Below are positions 1 to 10,818 of a stretch of 64,000 bases of DNA, piece by piece (positions within the stretch are counted from its first letter, which is position 1; each line of letters opens with the position of its first letter). Source of the DNA: an uncultured Phocaeicola sp. (GTDB lineage: Bacteria; Bacteroidota; Bacteroidia; Bacteroidales; Bacteroidaceae); NCBI GenBank assembly GCA_944322395.1, contig CALUPA010000002.1, positions 18 through 64,017 on the forward strand, given 5' to 3'. Below the pieces are notes generated by a model. That model was not told the DNA's origin. It ran no database searches and was given only the letters and a program-made list of their open reading frames with translations. The translations under genes were made by a program, and so were the position numbers.

Positions 1-360
1 ACTTTTTTCATTCCTGCAATAGCTTGCACAACTTTTTTTTCAAAAAAATTATAGGATTTATTCTAATCGACTGTTAATCAATCAAAAGCACGACAGAACT
101 TTTTACATTAAAGTTACATGAGCTGTTTTATACTGTAAAACATACACATTATTATTAATATTATGGCTATTCGATATTTCTGAAGTTTACACTCAAAAAT
201 TGTTTTTTCTGCATTTTTTAGGGAAAAACATACATTTAAAAGCAAAAATCAAGTGCAGAAATATGAATCCTGGGGAATAAACATCGAAACTTGAAATGAT
301 AAAAGATTCAAGTATGGTCAGGTTCTTAGAACTTACAAAGAAAAAAATAAGACATTTTAG

Positions 361-448
361 AGTCACACGTTCGTGTCACTATAGTAACACCAGAGTACAA
401 CTATAGTGACACAATAGTGTGACGACAGTGACACAAACGTGTGACTGT
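361..448. repeat. 88-bp palindromic element of eight phased 11-bp units (GTnnnAC), copy 1
   Basis: Units: agtcacacgtt cgtgtcactat agtaacaccag agtacaactat agtgacacaat agtgtgacgac agtgacacaaa cgtgtgactgt. 361-380 and 427-446 form a 20-bp inverted repeat with 1 mismatch. 360-385 is identical to 30977-31002. Confidence 0.9.
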
Positions 449-548
449 TATTATATACAATGTTTCTTATTTTTTGTAGTCAAAAAACACTACTATTTTG
501 TTATATAATACATTATTAGTATTTTTGCATCTTATAGAATACGAAAAT

Positions 549-1835
549 ATGAGGTTTATACGCTATATTATATTAATTATTATATTCTTTTTTCAACAAG
601 GAGTAAATATCAATATCAACGCACAAGGGATAAGTGTCCCCATAAACAAACAATACATTCCTTCAGATTCGATATTTGCCAATTACCTGTATTCTAGAGA
701 AATTCCCATTTATAACAACAATGAAATAAAATTGTTACCAAATGGAAGGATAAAATTTGAGAATTTGTTCGAAGCCATCAGAAAAGCTAAAAAGCACATA
801 CATCTGGAATATTTCAACTTTAGAAGCGACTCTATTGCTAAAGAAATATTCACCTTATTGGCTGAAAAGGCAAAAGAAGGAGTAAAAGTCAGAGCCATGT
901 TTGATGATTTTGGGAATTTGTCAAACAACAGGCCCTTACGAAAGGAGCATCTTAAGATGTTAAACGACAGAGGTATAGAAATAATAAGATTTGATCCACT
1001 AAAATTTCCATTTATAAACCATGCATTCAGCAGAGACCACCAGAAAATAGTTATAATAGACGGTACCATAGGATTTACCGGGGGTATGAACATAGCAGAT
1101 TATTACATAAACGGTCTGCCAGAAATCGGACCGTGGAGAGACATGCACATTTGCATTGAAGGTCCTGCTGTTAGCGGTTTGCAAAAAGCATTCTTATACG
1201 TATGGAATAAAGAGACAAAACAAAATATAGATGGTGAAACATACTTTCCCTACGGTAAAGATTCCACCTACTCCCCTAAACAACTAGGGAAACAAGTAGC
1301 CATAGTGCAAAGGATTCCTCACAAAAGTCCCGATGCAGTAAGGCGTGCATATATAGAAGCGATAGATGCTGCAGAGCATCACGTCAGAATTGTAACGCCA
1401 TACTTCACTCCAACAAGAAGTTTACGAAAAGCCATATACAGAGCGCTTAAAAGAGGGATAAAAGTAGAAATTATGATTTCCGAAAAGTGTGATATTTCCT
1501 TTACACCTGAAGGTGGATTCTATTATGCAAATAAATTCAGAAAGGCCGGAGCACACATATATCTTTACAAAGGAGGCTTCCATCACACTAAAGTTATGAC
1601 TGTTGATGACAGGTTCTGTACAGTAGGAAGCACAAACCTAAACAGCAGAAGTTTGAAATATGACTATGAAATAAATGCTTTTATCTTTGATTTACAAACG
1701 ACATACGACCTTGATGAAATATACAAGAACGATAAAAGTAACAGTGAAAGAATGACTAAAGAATATTATAGGAATAGAGGGATATGGAAAAATTTCTTGG
1801 GTTGGTTTGCACATCTGCTTACACCTGTTATCTAA
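549..1835 (+). CDS. cls: Cardiolipin synthase / phospholipase D family protein
   Basis: Two HxKxxxxD motifs (HQKIVIID, HTKVMTVD), plus TGGMNIAD, WRDMH and GSTNLNSRS. Start moved to the ATG at 549 (MRFIRY..., signal-like N-terminus). Confidence 0.9.
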   Translation: MRFIRYIILIIIFFFQQGVNININAQGISVPINKQYIPSDSIFANYLYSREIPIYNNNEIKLLPNGRIKFENLFEAIRKAKKHIHLEYFNFRSDSIAKEIFTLLAEKAKEGVKVRAMFDDFGNLSNNRPLRKEHLKMLNDRGIEIIRFDPLKFPFINHAFSRDHQKIVIIDGTIGFTGGMNIADYYINGLPEIGPWRDMHICIEGPAVSGLQKAFLYVWNKETKQNIDGETYFPYGKDSTYSPKQLGKQVAIVQRIPHKSPDAVRRAYIEAIDAAEHHVRIVTPYFTPTRSLRKAIYRALKRGIKVEIMISEKCDISFTPEGGFYYANKFRKAGAHIYLYKGGFHHTKVMTVDDRFCTVGSTNLNSRSLKYDYEINAFIFDLQTTYDLDEIYKNDKSNSERMTKEYYRNRGIWKNFLGWFAHLLTPVI

Positions 1836-1967
1836 AGGTGAAAATCAGTTTCCAACTTACATCTATTGTGTTATGGAATAAAATTAAACAACACACAATG
1901 CTATGTCCGTTTTTTTTCCTAAATTTGTCTCCATTGTAAACAATACATACAAATATATAATATAAAC

Positions 1968-2921
1968 ATGAGTGTAATAGACCTGATAAATGCCGAGAAT
2001 AATACAGCTTTCTCGTTCGAAATACTTCCCCCTTTAAAAGGTGCCGGAATAGATAAGTTGATGTCCGACATCGAGACACTACTTCCATATAATCCAAAAT
2101 ACATAAACATAACAACCCACCGTAGCGAATACGTATATATGCCGGAACCAAACGGAATGTACTGCCGTAAACTGACAAGAAGACGTCCTGGCACAGTTGC
2201 TGTTGCAGCTGCAATAAAATCAAAATACGGAATTACAGTAGTTCCACACATGCTATGCAGTGGCTATACACCAGAAGAAACCGAATACACGCTTATAGAT
2301 CTACAGTTCCTTGGCATAACAGACTTGCTGGTGCTAAGAGGAGATAAGGCTCCCCACCAAAAAAGTTTTACCCCTGAAAACGGTGGTCATGCTCATGCTA
2401 TAGACCTTCAGAACCAGATAAACAAATATAATCAAGGATTTTTCTTCGATGGAAAAGAAATGGACAAACTTCCTCCTCAGTTCTGTTATGGTGTGGCATG
2501 CTACCCTGAGAAACACGAAGAATCGCCAAATGCAGAAAGAGATCTTTACTGGCTACAGCAAAAGATTGAAGCAGGGGCACAGTATGCCGTGACACAAATG
2601 TTTTTCGACAACGAAAAATACTTTGATTTCGTAGATAAAGCCCGCAAGATAGGTATAAACGTCCCTATAATACCAGGAATAAAACCATTAAAAAAGCTAA
2701 GTCAGCTAAATGTTCTACCAAGAACATTCAAAATAGACCTTCCAGAAACTTTGGCTGCAGAAGTAAGAAAATGCAAAACAGACGAAGAAGTTGCCGCACT
2801 TGGATGCGAATGGACTATAAACCAGTGCAAAGAACTTATAGCTCATGGAGTGCCAAGTATACATTTCTATTCGGTAGGAGCTGTTGACTCTATAGCCAAA
2901 ATCGCAAAAGCCATATATTGA
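1968..2921 (+). CDS. metF: 5,10-methylenetetrahydrofolate reductase
   Basis: FSFEILPP, LVLRGD, GVACYPEKH, AVTQMFFD and IHFYS motifs. Confidence 0.95.
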   Translation: MSVIDLINAENNTAFSFEILPPLKGAGIDKLMSDIETLLPYNPKYINITTHRSEYVYMPEPNGMYCRKLTRRRPGTVAVAAAIKSKYGITVVPHMLCSGYTPEETEYTLIDLQFLGITDLLVLRGDKAPHQKSFTPENGGHAHAIDLQNQINKYNQGFFFDGKEMDKLPPQFCYGVACYPEKHEESPNAERDLYWLQQKIEAGAQYAVTQMFFDNEKYFDFVDKARKIGINVPIIPGIKPLKKLSQLNVLPRTFKIDLPETLAAEVRKCKTDEEVAALGCEWTINQCKELIAHGVPSIHFYSVGAVDSIAKIAKAIY

Positions 2922-2950
2922 AACAAACCTCAACAATAAACATACACACA

Positions 2951-4087
2951 ATGAAAAATGGAGCATTCGCCTCAGTAATAGGACAGCATGAAGCTGCGAG
3001 CATGATAATACAAACCATGCACGCGGGAAGATTGCCACATGCTATAATGGTATGCGGTCCATCTGGATGCGGAAAGCTGCATTTTGCATTAGCATTGGCA
3101 AAATATGTCTGTTGCTCCAATCCATCAGAAAACGATTCATGTGGAGAATGTATTTCCTGCCGTATGGCTGAAAAACTGGAACATCCAGACATTCATTTTG
3201 TTTTCCCTGTAATCAAGAAAAAAGACGGATCGGCAGTTATATCAGACGATTGGTTGGCAGAATGGAGACAAAGACTGAAACTATCTCCATATTTTTCACT
3301 TGCCGACTGGTGTGGCGATATGGGAGACCCAAACAAACAACCACTAATATATACCTCTGAAAGCAACGAGATACAACGCAAACTCTCACTGAAATCGGCT
3401 ATGGGAGGATATAAAGTTGCAATAATATGGCTACCTGAAAAAATGAACGCCGAATGTGCCAACAAATTATTAAAATTGGTTGAAGAGCCACCTGAAAAAA
3501 CTCTATTCATCATGGTAAGCGAAGAGCCGGAATACGTCCTTCCTACACTGTCAGGTAGAACTCAAAGGATAAATCTAGTACCTATCAGTCAAGAAATTCT
3601 GGCACAATATCTTACAAATAAATTCGGTCTTACAGAAACTGATGCAGAAGACATTGCAAGGCGTTCTGAAGGAAGTGTACTGCAAGCAATGCAAAATATA
3701 AGCCTTAGCGATGAAGAAAAAGCCTGTTTTGACAGTTTTACCACATTGATGCGTCAGGCATGGCGACGCGACATACGTTCGCTAAAGGATTGGAGCGAGC
3801 AAATGGCATCAATAGGAAGAGAAAGACACAAGATATTCCTAAGATATGCAGCCAGAATGAACCGTGAAAGTTTTATGGCTAATTTCAAAATGCCAGATAT
3901 AAACTACATGAATCGGGAAGAGGCTGCCTTTGCTGTACGGTTTGCACCATTCATAAATGAACGTAATGTCTGCGGTATTGAAGAACTCATAGAAGAAGCC
4001 ATAGTTCACATAGAACAGAATGTAAACCCTAAAATGGTATTCTTCGATTTGGCAGTAAGAATGATAGTCTTAATTAAAAACAGATAA
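2951..4087 (+). CDS. holB: DNA polymerase III subunit delta'
   Basis: GPSGCGK, Zn motif CGECISC, HPDIHF, ANKLLKLVEEPP. ATG at 2951 preferred over TTG at 2918. Confidence 0.92.
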   Translation: MKNGAFASVIGQHEAASMIIQTMHAGRLPHAIMVCGPSGCGKLHFALALAKYVCCSNPSENDSCGECISCRMAEKLEHPDIHFVFPVIKKKDGSAVISDDWLAEWRQRLKLSPYFSLADWCGDMGDPNKQPLIYTSESNEIQRKLSLKSAMGGYKVAIIWLPEKMNAECANKLLKLVEEPPEKTLFIMVSEEPEYVLPTLSGRTQRINLVPISQEILAQYLTNKFGLTETDAEDIARRSEGSVLQAMQNISLSDEEKACFDSFTTLMRQAWRRDIRSLKDWSEQMASIGRERHKIFLRYAARMNRESFMANFKMPDINYMNREEAAFAVRFAPFINERNVCGIEELIEEAIVHIEQNVNPKMVFFDLAVRMIVLIKNR

Positions 4088-4137
4088 TATAAGCCGGAAT
4101 ACATTACTGTTGCCGGCACCACTAAAACATATATAAT

Positions 4138-5535
4138 ATGGACAATGAATTTAAACTGAAAAATGGTAGCGGTTGTCTAGCATGCAGTGGTTGCGGAAGA
4201 CAAGACAACAAGCTTAATACATACGACTGGATGGCCGATATTCCAGGAAATTCAGATGAACAAGACATGGTGGAAGTACAATTCAAGAATACACGAAAAG
4301 GTTATTACAAGAACAGCAACCACCTTCCGCTGATGAAAGGAGACATCGTAGCTGTAGAAGCAAGCCCAGGACATGACATAGGTACGGTTACTCTGACAGG
4401 ACGACTTGTTCCTTTACAGATGAAAAAAACCAACATACGCCCAGATGCAGAAATAAAAAGAGTTTACCGCAAAGCCAAACCCGTAGACATGGAGAAATAC
4501 GAAGAGGCTAAATCGCGCGAACATCAGACCATGATACGTTCAAGAAAAATAGCAGAAGACCTTGGACTAAAAATGAAGATTGGAGATGTGGAATATCAAG
4601 GTGACGGTAACAAGGCTATATTCTATTATATAGCAGACGAACGTGTTGACTTCAGACAGCTAATCAAGGTACTTGCCGATGCATTCAAGGTACGTATTGA
4701 AATGAAACAGATTGGTGCACGACAAGAAGCTGGAAGAATAGGCGGAATAGGACCTTGCGGAAGAGAGTTGTGCTGTGCCACATGGATGACAAGCTTCATT
4801 TCTGTTTCAACAAGTGCTGCAAGATATCAAGACATTTCATTAAACCCACAGAAGCTAGCAGGACAGTGCGCCAAACTTAAGTGCTGCTTAAACTATGAAG
4901 TAGACGCTTATGTAGAATGTCAAAAAAGACTTCCTAGCAAAGAAATAGAACTTGAAACAACAGACTCTACATATTATTATTTTAAAGCAGATATTCTGTC
5001 TGGAACAATAACCTACAGTACAGACAAAAGCTTTCTGGCCAACGAATGTACAATAAGTGCACGCAGAGCTTTTGAAGTAATAAGCATGAATCGCCGTGGA
5101 GAAAAGCCTGATAAACTTGAAAGTATAGAGAATGTAAGAGAAGAACGTAAACCTAAAGACTTATTGGAACAAGAAAGTCTGACAAGATTCGATAAAAGCA
5201 AAAGCTCAAAGAACAAAAAGAAAAAGAACAAGGGCGGACAGGTCCAACAGCAAACAGAAACACTACAAAATGATGTAGAAAGGACTATGGCAGAAAAGAA
5301 TTCAAACAAAGGACCTAAGCCTCAACCTAAACAACAGGAAAGACCTAAAGAAAACAACGAACAGGAAAAGGCCTCTACCGACAATAGACCTAAAAGCCAA
5401 CGTAACAGAAATAAGGGAAATAATCCTAACAGGCGTCAGCAAAATGGAAATCAGGGTGAACAGAAAAATAAACCGCAAAAACAACAGCAAAACACCCCTG
5501 AAGGAAAAGCTAACGTAAATAATATACCACAGTAA
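4138..5535 (+). CDS. ricT: PSP1-domain protein (RicT/YaaT-like) with a Q/N/K-rich disordered tail
   Basis: ERVDFRQL, IGARQEA, GPCGRELCC, LAGQCAKLKCCLNYE. Follows holB, as is usual. Confidence 0.88.
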   Translation: MDNEFKLKNGSGCLACSGCGRQDNKLNTYDWMADIPGNSDEQDMVEVQFKNTRKGYYKNSNHLPLMKGDIVAVEASPGHDIGTVTLTGRLVPLQMKKTNIRPDAEIKRVYRKAKPVDMEKYEEAKSREHQTMIRSRKIAEDLGLKMKIGDVEYQGDGNKAIFYYIADERVDFRQLIKVLADAFKVRIEMKQIGARQEAGRIGGIGPCGRELCCATWMTSFISVSTSAARYQDISLNPQKLAGQCAKLKCCLNYEVDAYVECQKRLPSKEIELETTDSTYYYFKADILSGTITYSTDKSFLANECTISARRAFEVISMNRRGEKPDKLESIENVREERKPKDLLEQESLTRFDKSKSSKNKKKKNKGGQVQQQTETLQNDVERTMAEKNSNKGPKPQPKQQERPKENNEQEKASTDNRPKSQRNRNKGNNPNRRQQNGNQGEQKNKPQKQQQNTPEGKANVNNIPQ

Positions 5536-5549
5536 CACTATAAAAATAG

Positions 5550-5577
5550 CACTGGCAGAGAATAAACTTTGCCAGTG
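5550..5577. terminator. Hairpin after the PSP1 gene
   Basis: cactggca(gag)...(ctt)tgccagtg inverted repeat. Confidence 0.55.
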
Positions 5578-5612
5578 TATTATTTATAACATAAATAAAT
5601 CATACTATAACT

Positions 5613-6083
5613 ATGTCTGCCTCAATGTACAAATATTTATTAATATCACTATGCTCAGTTTTGGTATCTTGTACATCGAACACAGTGTATCATCATTACA
5701 ATAGGATAAATGATAATGAATGGAAAAAAACAGACACAATTTACTTCATACTTCATGACAGTATAGAAGAAGGAACGTATGCCACAAAAATAGGCATCAG
5801 ACATACAATAGACTATCCATATAGAGATTTATGGCTCTCAATATCACTGCCCAACAAAAAAGAAACAGACACAATACATATAAATCTGGCAAACGAGCGC
5901 GGTAACTGGAACGGTAGCGGTACAGCAAGCGGCTATTATCAGTACGAGACGGAAGGTCCTACACTAAACTACAAGCTGCACTCTGATTCTATAATTAAAG
6001 TATGGCATATAATGAAAGGTGGAACAGTACAATCAATAACTGATTTAGGAATAAAACTGACAAAAAACAATATCATCCATTAG
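5613..6083 (+). CDS. gldH: GldH-family lipoprotein
   Basis: Lipobox VLVSC, W-x3-DT, RHTIDYPYRDLWL, G-W-G-G motifs. Located after PSP1. Confidence 0.8.
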   Translation: MSASMYKYLLISLCSVLVSCTSNTVYHHYNRINDNEWKKTDTIYFILHDSIEEGTYATKIGIRHTIDYPYRDLWLSISLPNKKETDTIHINLANERGNWNGSGTASGYYQYETEGPTLNYKLHSDSIIKVWHIMKGGTVQSITDLGIKLTKNNIIH

Positions 6084-7539
6084 CATTTCCATACCTGGCA
6101 GCATCAATCCTTAAAAATACAAACAACAGTATAGTAAATCCCCACAACGACGAACCACCATAACTAAAGAACGGCAGAGGGATACCTATTACAGGTGTAA
6201 GTCCTAAAACCATTCCCACATTTATGAATAGATGGAAAAAGAAAATACTCATCACACTATAACCATAGACACGCGCAAACCTAGTGGGCTGTCGTTCTGA
6301 TAGAAATATAAGTCTCAATATAAGTGATAGATAAAGCAACAAGACAAAAGAAGAACCTAAAAATCCTTGTTCTTCGCCCACTGTACAAAAGATAAAGTCA
6401 GTATCTTGTTCGGGAACATACTTGAGCTTTGTCTGTGTTCCATTAAGAAACCCCTTTCCTACAAAACCTCCAGAACCTATTGCTATCTTACTCTGGTTCA
6501 CATTATATCCAGCACCTGAAGGATCGTCTTTCATACCTAACAGAACCTCAATCCTAACTTTCTGGTGCGGTTCCAGGACTTTTGCAAACACATAATCGGT
6601 AGAAAACAGAAATACAACAGACCCAACAACAAAAAATGATATAAATAAGTAACTGTATATCCTCTCACGCAAGAAATATATAATCATGGTTATAAACAAT
6701 ACTCCATTCATAACCAATAGCATATATACCATATTAAAAGGTATTACAAAAAATGAGAACAATACTCCCAAAATAATACACGTAACACCCACCATTAGTA
6801 TAATCATAGCTAGTTTACGAGCCTGCTTACAATATACACATATAAGTCCAGATGTTAGTATAATAATAAGAGAAAGTACAGCAAATTCTCCCCAAGGGGT
6901 AATTTCATCTGCCATTGGAACTACAGAGAACCTGATACCAACAATAAAATAAGCCACAGCACACACTCCTGTAAACAATATTGCCCCTGGCATTCCTTCT
7001 CTATACAACATCAGAAAAAAAGAAAGATATACTAATGCAGAACCAGTTTCTTTCTGCATAATAATAAGAAACATTGGTACCAATATAATAGCAAGAGTAG
7101 CCACAAAATGTTTCCTGTTTGACAGTGAATAAGTGTATTCGCCCATAAACTTTGCCAAAGCCAATGCTGTACCGAATTTTGCAAACTCAGCAGGCTGAAT
7201 ACTGATAGGTCCAAGTACAATCCACGATTTCGAACCTTTTATCTCATGTGGGTTAAATATCGTGGCAAAAAGGAGCAAAAGCAAAATCCCGAATATAAGG
7301 AATGCATAAGTATCAAAGAAACGATGATCAAGTGATAGTATGACAGAAGCCAATCCCAAAGAACAGGCTATCCACACAAGTTGTTTTCCAGAACGCAAAC
7401 CAAAATCCCAAAAATTAGAATCGCCATAATCATAGCTGGCTCCGCATATACTGAACCATCCGCAAACAACCAGCAAAATATACAGCATTATCGTCCACCA
7501 GTCAACATTCTTAAATATACTATCTTTCTTGTAAGCCAT
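6073..7539 (-). CDS. rodA: SEDS peptidoglycan glycosyltransferase RodA
   Basis: IQPAEFAK, SKIAIGSGG, PEQDTDFIF, PLPFFSYGGSS. Last gene of the mre cluster. Confidence 0.95.
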   Translation of the reverse strand: MAYKKDSIFKNVDWWTIMLYILLVVCGWFSICGASYDYGDSNFWDFGLRSGKQLVWIACSLGLASVILSLDHRFFDTYAFLIFGILLLLLFATIFNPHEIKGSKSWIVLGPISIQPAEFAKFGTALALAKFMGEYTYSLSNRKHFVATLAIILVPMFLIIMQKETGSALVYLSFFLMLYREGMPGAILFTGVCAVAYFIVGIRFSVVPMADEITPWGEFAVLSLIIILTSGLICVYCKQARKLAMIILMVGVTCIILGVLFSFFVIPFNMVYMLLVMNGVLFITMIIYFLRERIYSYLFISFFVVGSVVFLFSTDYVFAKVLEPHQKVRIEVLLGMKDDPSGAGYNVNQSKIAIGSGGFVGKGFLNGTQTKLKYVPEQDTDFIFCTVGEEQGFLGSSFVLLLYLSLILRLIFLSERQPTRFARVYGYSVMSIFFFHLFINVGMVLGLTPVIGIPLPFFSYGGSSLWGFTILLFVFLRIDAARYGNANG

Positions 7540-9385
7540 AATTTATTCTTCGTTTCTGTATCTCGTCAGCTTGTAACTGACTTTGTGGAGAAAGTTCACC
7601 TTTCAGATATTTTTCTATCATTAGTTTTCCAATCGGCACCCCATAAACTGCACCGAAACCTCCATTTTCTACATACACAGCAATAGCTATCTTTGGATTA
7701 TTCATAGGTGCAAATCCCATAAAAGCAGAATGGTCTTTACCTTTATTTTGAGCAGTTCCTGTTTTACCACAGACCTCTATATCTGGCAAATTAGCGCCAC
7801 GACATGTTCCACCAAGAACAGCAGCTCGCATTCCTTGTACAACTTCGTCATAATGTACACGGTCAACTTTAGTGAAATGCTTTTCAGAATACTTTTTTTC
7901 CAACTCATCTCCCTCAACTTCTTTCACTACATGGGGAGTTATATAATATCCTCTGTTGGCAATAGTAGCCCCCAAATTAGCAATCTGTAAAGGTGTAAGA
8001 GTGACCTCACCCTGGCCTATAGATATACTTATAATGGTTAATCCATTCCATGAACCACGATATGCCTTGTCGTAAAAAGCAGCATTAGGAATCATTCCAC
8101 GTTTCTCTCCTGGAAGATCAATACCCAAAGTATACCCAAATCCCATAGAAACCATATAGTCTCGCCATGTATTCATAGCATTCTGCACTGAACCATATTT
8201 ACTACGAGCCCCAATCATGTAATACAATCCCCAGCAAAAATATGCATTACATGAAGTTGCCAAAGCCGGAATAACTGACAATGGAGAACCGTGAGCATGA
8301 CATCCAACATGTAAACCTCTGAAATTAAAACCATGAGAACATGGATACTGAGTCTCGGTATTGATTATACCTTCCTGAAGAAAAGTCAGTGCCTGTGAAG
8401 TTTTGAATGTTGAGCCTGGTGGATAAGTACCCATAATAGCTCTATTAAGTAACGGTTTCCAAGGATCAGCTGATAGTTTCAAATGATTTTCACCTCTATG
8501 TCTTCCGGCCATCAAATGAGGATTATATGATGGAGACGATACCAGACAAAGTACCTCACCAGTTGACGGTTCTATGGCTACAATACTACCGATCTTACCT
8601 TCCAGAAGTCTTTCACCCAAGGCTTGTAGTTCTATATCCAAACTAAGTTTAAGATTCTTTCCAGCCACAGGAGCTTTATCTAAACTGCCGTTCATATAAT
8701 TTCCCTGTATTCTTCCGTGAGCATCACGAAGTAAGATTTCCACCCCCTTATCTCCCCTCAACTGAGTTTCATACGAACGTTCAACGCCAAGCTTACCTAT
8801 AAAATCTCCTCGCTTGTAATAAGGATCATCCTCTATTTCGTTTTTGGAAACCTCAGCAATATCACCAAGAATATGTGCTCCACAATCATAGCCATACTGC
8901 CTTACGGTCCTGGCCTGTATATAAAACCCGGGAAAATTGAAAAGTTTCTCACGAAATACAGCACAATCTTCTGAGGATAATTGAGTTAGAAGGACTTGAT
9001 GAGTATATCTAGAATATCCAGGATTTACATTGCGATTACGTATATCCTTAAAACGTTTAACCAGAAAATCCTTATTAACCCCCAATGCTGTAGCCAATTC
9101 AAGAGTATCAAATTTTTCCACCTCTTTCATAACTACAGTAATATCATAGGCTGGCTGATTGAAAACCAGCAATCGTCCATATCTATCGTATATCAATCCT
9201 CGTGGGGGATATTTTACTCTTTGCAAGAGAGCATTACTATCAGCATTTCGCTTATAATCGTCACTCATTATCTGTAGAGAAAAAAGACGTATTATAAAAA
9301 CCAAAACAATAAGGACCACTATTCCTCCTATAGTATATTTCCTTTTTTCAAGTTTATAATCACGTTTCACTATTTTTTCCTCCAA
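7520..9385 (-). CDS. mrdA: Penicillin-binding protein 2
   Basis: STFK (SxxK), SCN (SxN) and KTG motifs, N-terminal TM, mre cluster context. Confidence 0.95.
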   Translation of the reverse strand: MEEKIVKRDYKLEKRKYTIGGIVVLIVLVFIIRLFSLQIMSDDYKRNADSNALLQRVKYPPRGLIYDRYGRLLVFNQPAYDITVVMKEVEKFDTLELATALGVNKDFLVKRFKDIRNRNVNPGYSRYTHQVLLTQLSSEDCAVFREKLFNFPGFYIQARTVRQYGYDCGAHILGDIAEVSKNEIEDDPYYKRGDFIGKLGVERSYETQLRGDKGVEILLRDAHGRIQGNYMNGSLDKAPVAGKNLKLSLDIELQALGERLLEGKIGSIVAIEPSTGEVLCLVSSPSYNPHLMAGRHRGENHLKLSADPWKPLLNRAIMGTYPPGSTFKTSQALTFLQEGIINTETQYPCSHGFNFRGLHVGCHAHGSPLSVIPALATSCNAYFCWGLYYMIGARSKYGSVQNAMNTWRDYMVSMGFGYTLGIDLPGEKRGMIPNAAFYDKAYRGSWNGLTIISISIGQGEVTLTPLQIANLGATIANRGYYITPHVVKEVEGDELEKKYSEKHFTKVDRVHYDEVVQGMRAAVLGGTCRGANLPDIEVCGKTGTAQNKGKDHSAFMGFAPMNNPKIAIAVYVENGGFGAVYGVPIGKLMIEKYLKGELSPQSQLQADEIQKRRINYGLQER

Positions 9386-9873
9386 ACAAATTCAATAACC
9401 ATAATAAGCACTACTGTAACAATAGTATCAGCTATAGTTGCAATAACAATGTCAGTAGCTCTGGCAACAGAAAAAGTATCAATAGTATTCAATACAGCAG
9501 AATGCAAAAAAACGCAAGGTAGTACATATCGCAGAAAAGGCCACACACGCATTGATTTTATTCCAGGTACAAAAGAACCTGAGGCATCGCGTGACGTCTG
9601 CCATCTAAGTAACGACGGTCTTGCCATAGCCAGCCATATAGAAGCTGTTGCATTTAGCCCAGGAGTATTACCAAAAATATCTACACACAGACCTATAAAA
9701 AAGGAATAAAGCAACAGAGCCTTTCGTCCTGTATCTGATGAAAGTTTCAGAATAAATACTACATAAAGCAATGGTACAGCATACCGCGATACCTGTATCT
9801 GGCTAATAATCACACCTTGAACAAGAACAAGTATGACAAACCATCTTATCTTATCAACCCATGTAGCAGTCAT
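9370..9873 (-). CDS. mreD: Rod shape-determining protein MreD
   Basis: Hydrophobic 167 aa, GLCVDIFGNTPG, between mreC and mrdA. Confidence 0.85.
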   Translation of the reverse strand: MTATWVDKIRWFVILVLVQGVIISQIQVSRYAVPLLYVVFILKLSSDTGRKALLLYSFFIGLCVDIFGNTPGLNATASIWLAMARPSLLRWQTSRDASGSFVPGIKSMRVWPFLRYVLPCVFLHSAVLNTIDTFSVARATDIVIATIADTIVTVVLIMVIEFVWRKK

Positions 9874-9875
9874 GT

Positions 9876-10775
9876 TCAGTATTTTATATCTTTTTCCAGT
9901 TCTATTAATTCTTCACGAGGTGGCAATGCCAATACATATACATCATTAAGGCGTCCGAAGTCAGTAAATAAATGTATTCCTAAAGTAAATGACATTTCAT
10001 CATCACTATCGTCCTTTGACATCACAGTTCCAACTGGTATTCCTTCAATAAATACAGTGCTGTGTCCGCTGGTTACCACTGTATCTCCTATCTCGTATTC
10101 AGCATGTCGCGGTACATCTGTCATAAAAGCAGTAAGTGGGTCGCCTCCTTCCCATTTAAGAAAACCGAAATAATCTGTACGTGCAATCTTACAACTAATA
10201 CTACTTACCGAATTTATCACAGGAAGTACTAATGAATAGTTCTTTGAAGTACGACAGACAATCCCCACAACCCCCATTCCACTGATGACTCCCATACCGG
10301 TGCAAACTCCGCTTGATTCACCTTTGTCAATGGCTAAATAATTATCAAATCGCCGGACACTGATATTTACCACCCTTGCCGGGCATACCACATAGGAACG
10401 GTCCATCAACTTAGGTGGTTCTTTTATTGCAACTACAGATGAGTCTGTCCTTACAATCTTTTGCATCCCTTGAATAACTATCAGGCTGTCATTGTCATGT
10501 ACCTTTTCGCCTACAAGTTCTTTATAATATCTCAGTTCCTGCATAAGACGAACGTTTCGTTCGGTAAGGTCACGATTCATCTTTTCAAGACCAAAGTAAC
10601 GTGTCACCTCTGCAGAAACCTTGGTAACAGAAGCAGCCACTTCGGATGCAGAGGTAAACCATACACTTCCCTGAAAACTATTGAACCTGAATAGTAAAAT
10701 TGCAGCAACCAGTTGGAGCAAAATAAACAGAGCCCAATGGGAATACTTGATTAAAAAGTCTAATATATTACGCAC
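9876..10775 (-). CDS. mreC: Rod shape-determining protein MreC
   Basis: TM, coiled coil, IDKGESSGV, GDTVVTSG, GIPVG. Confidence 0.92.
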   Translation of the reverse strand: MRNILDFLIKYSHWALFILLQLVAAILLFRFNSFQGSVWFTSASEVAASVTKVSAEVTRYFGLEKMNRDLTERNVRLMQELRYYKELVGEKVHDNDSLIVIQGMQKIVRTDSSVVAIKEPPKLMDRSYVVCPARVVNISVRRFDNYLAIDKGESSGVCTGMGVISGMGVVGIVCRTSKNYSLVLPVINSVSSISCKIARTDYFGFLKWEGGDPLTAFMTDVPRHAEYEIGDTVVTSGHSTVFIEGIPVGTVMSKDDSDDEMSFTLGIHLFTDFGRLNDVYVLALPPREELIELEKDIKY

Positions 10776-10818
10776 GCAATATTATTTAAAATCATAAAAG
10801 CGAAGGAGAAACAATAAA

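Noticed and set aside
1..350. Possible RNA gene or CDS at the window start
   Set aside because: AT-rich, with no cloverleaf, rRNA similarity or long ORF; probably the upstream region of a gene outside the window.
361..448. CRISPR array or integron attC interpretation of the 11-bp repeats (also 30978-31065)
   Set aside because: Units are 11 bp with no 25-40-bp unique spacers, and there is no cas or integrase gene in the window.
5180..5535. Q/N/K-rich tail of the PSP1 protein as a repeat element
   Set aside because: Low-complexity coding sequence without a regular nucleotide period.
5613..6083. Evidence of gliding motility from gldH
   Set aside because: GldH-like genes follow holB-PSP1 in non-gliding Bacteroidales too; no other gld/spr genes are present.
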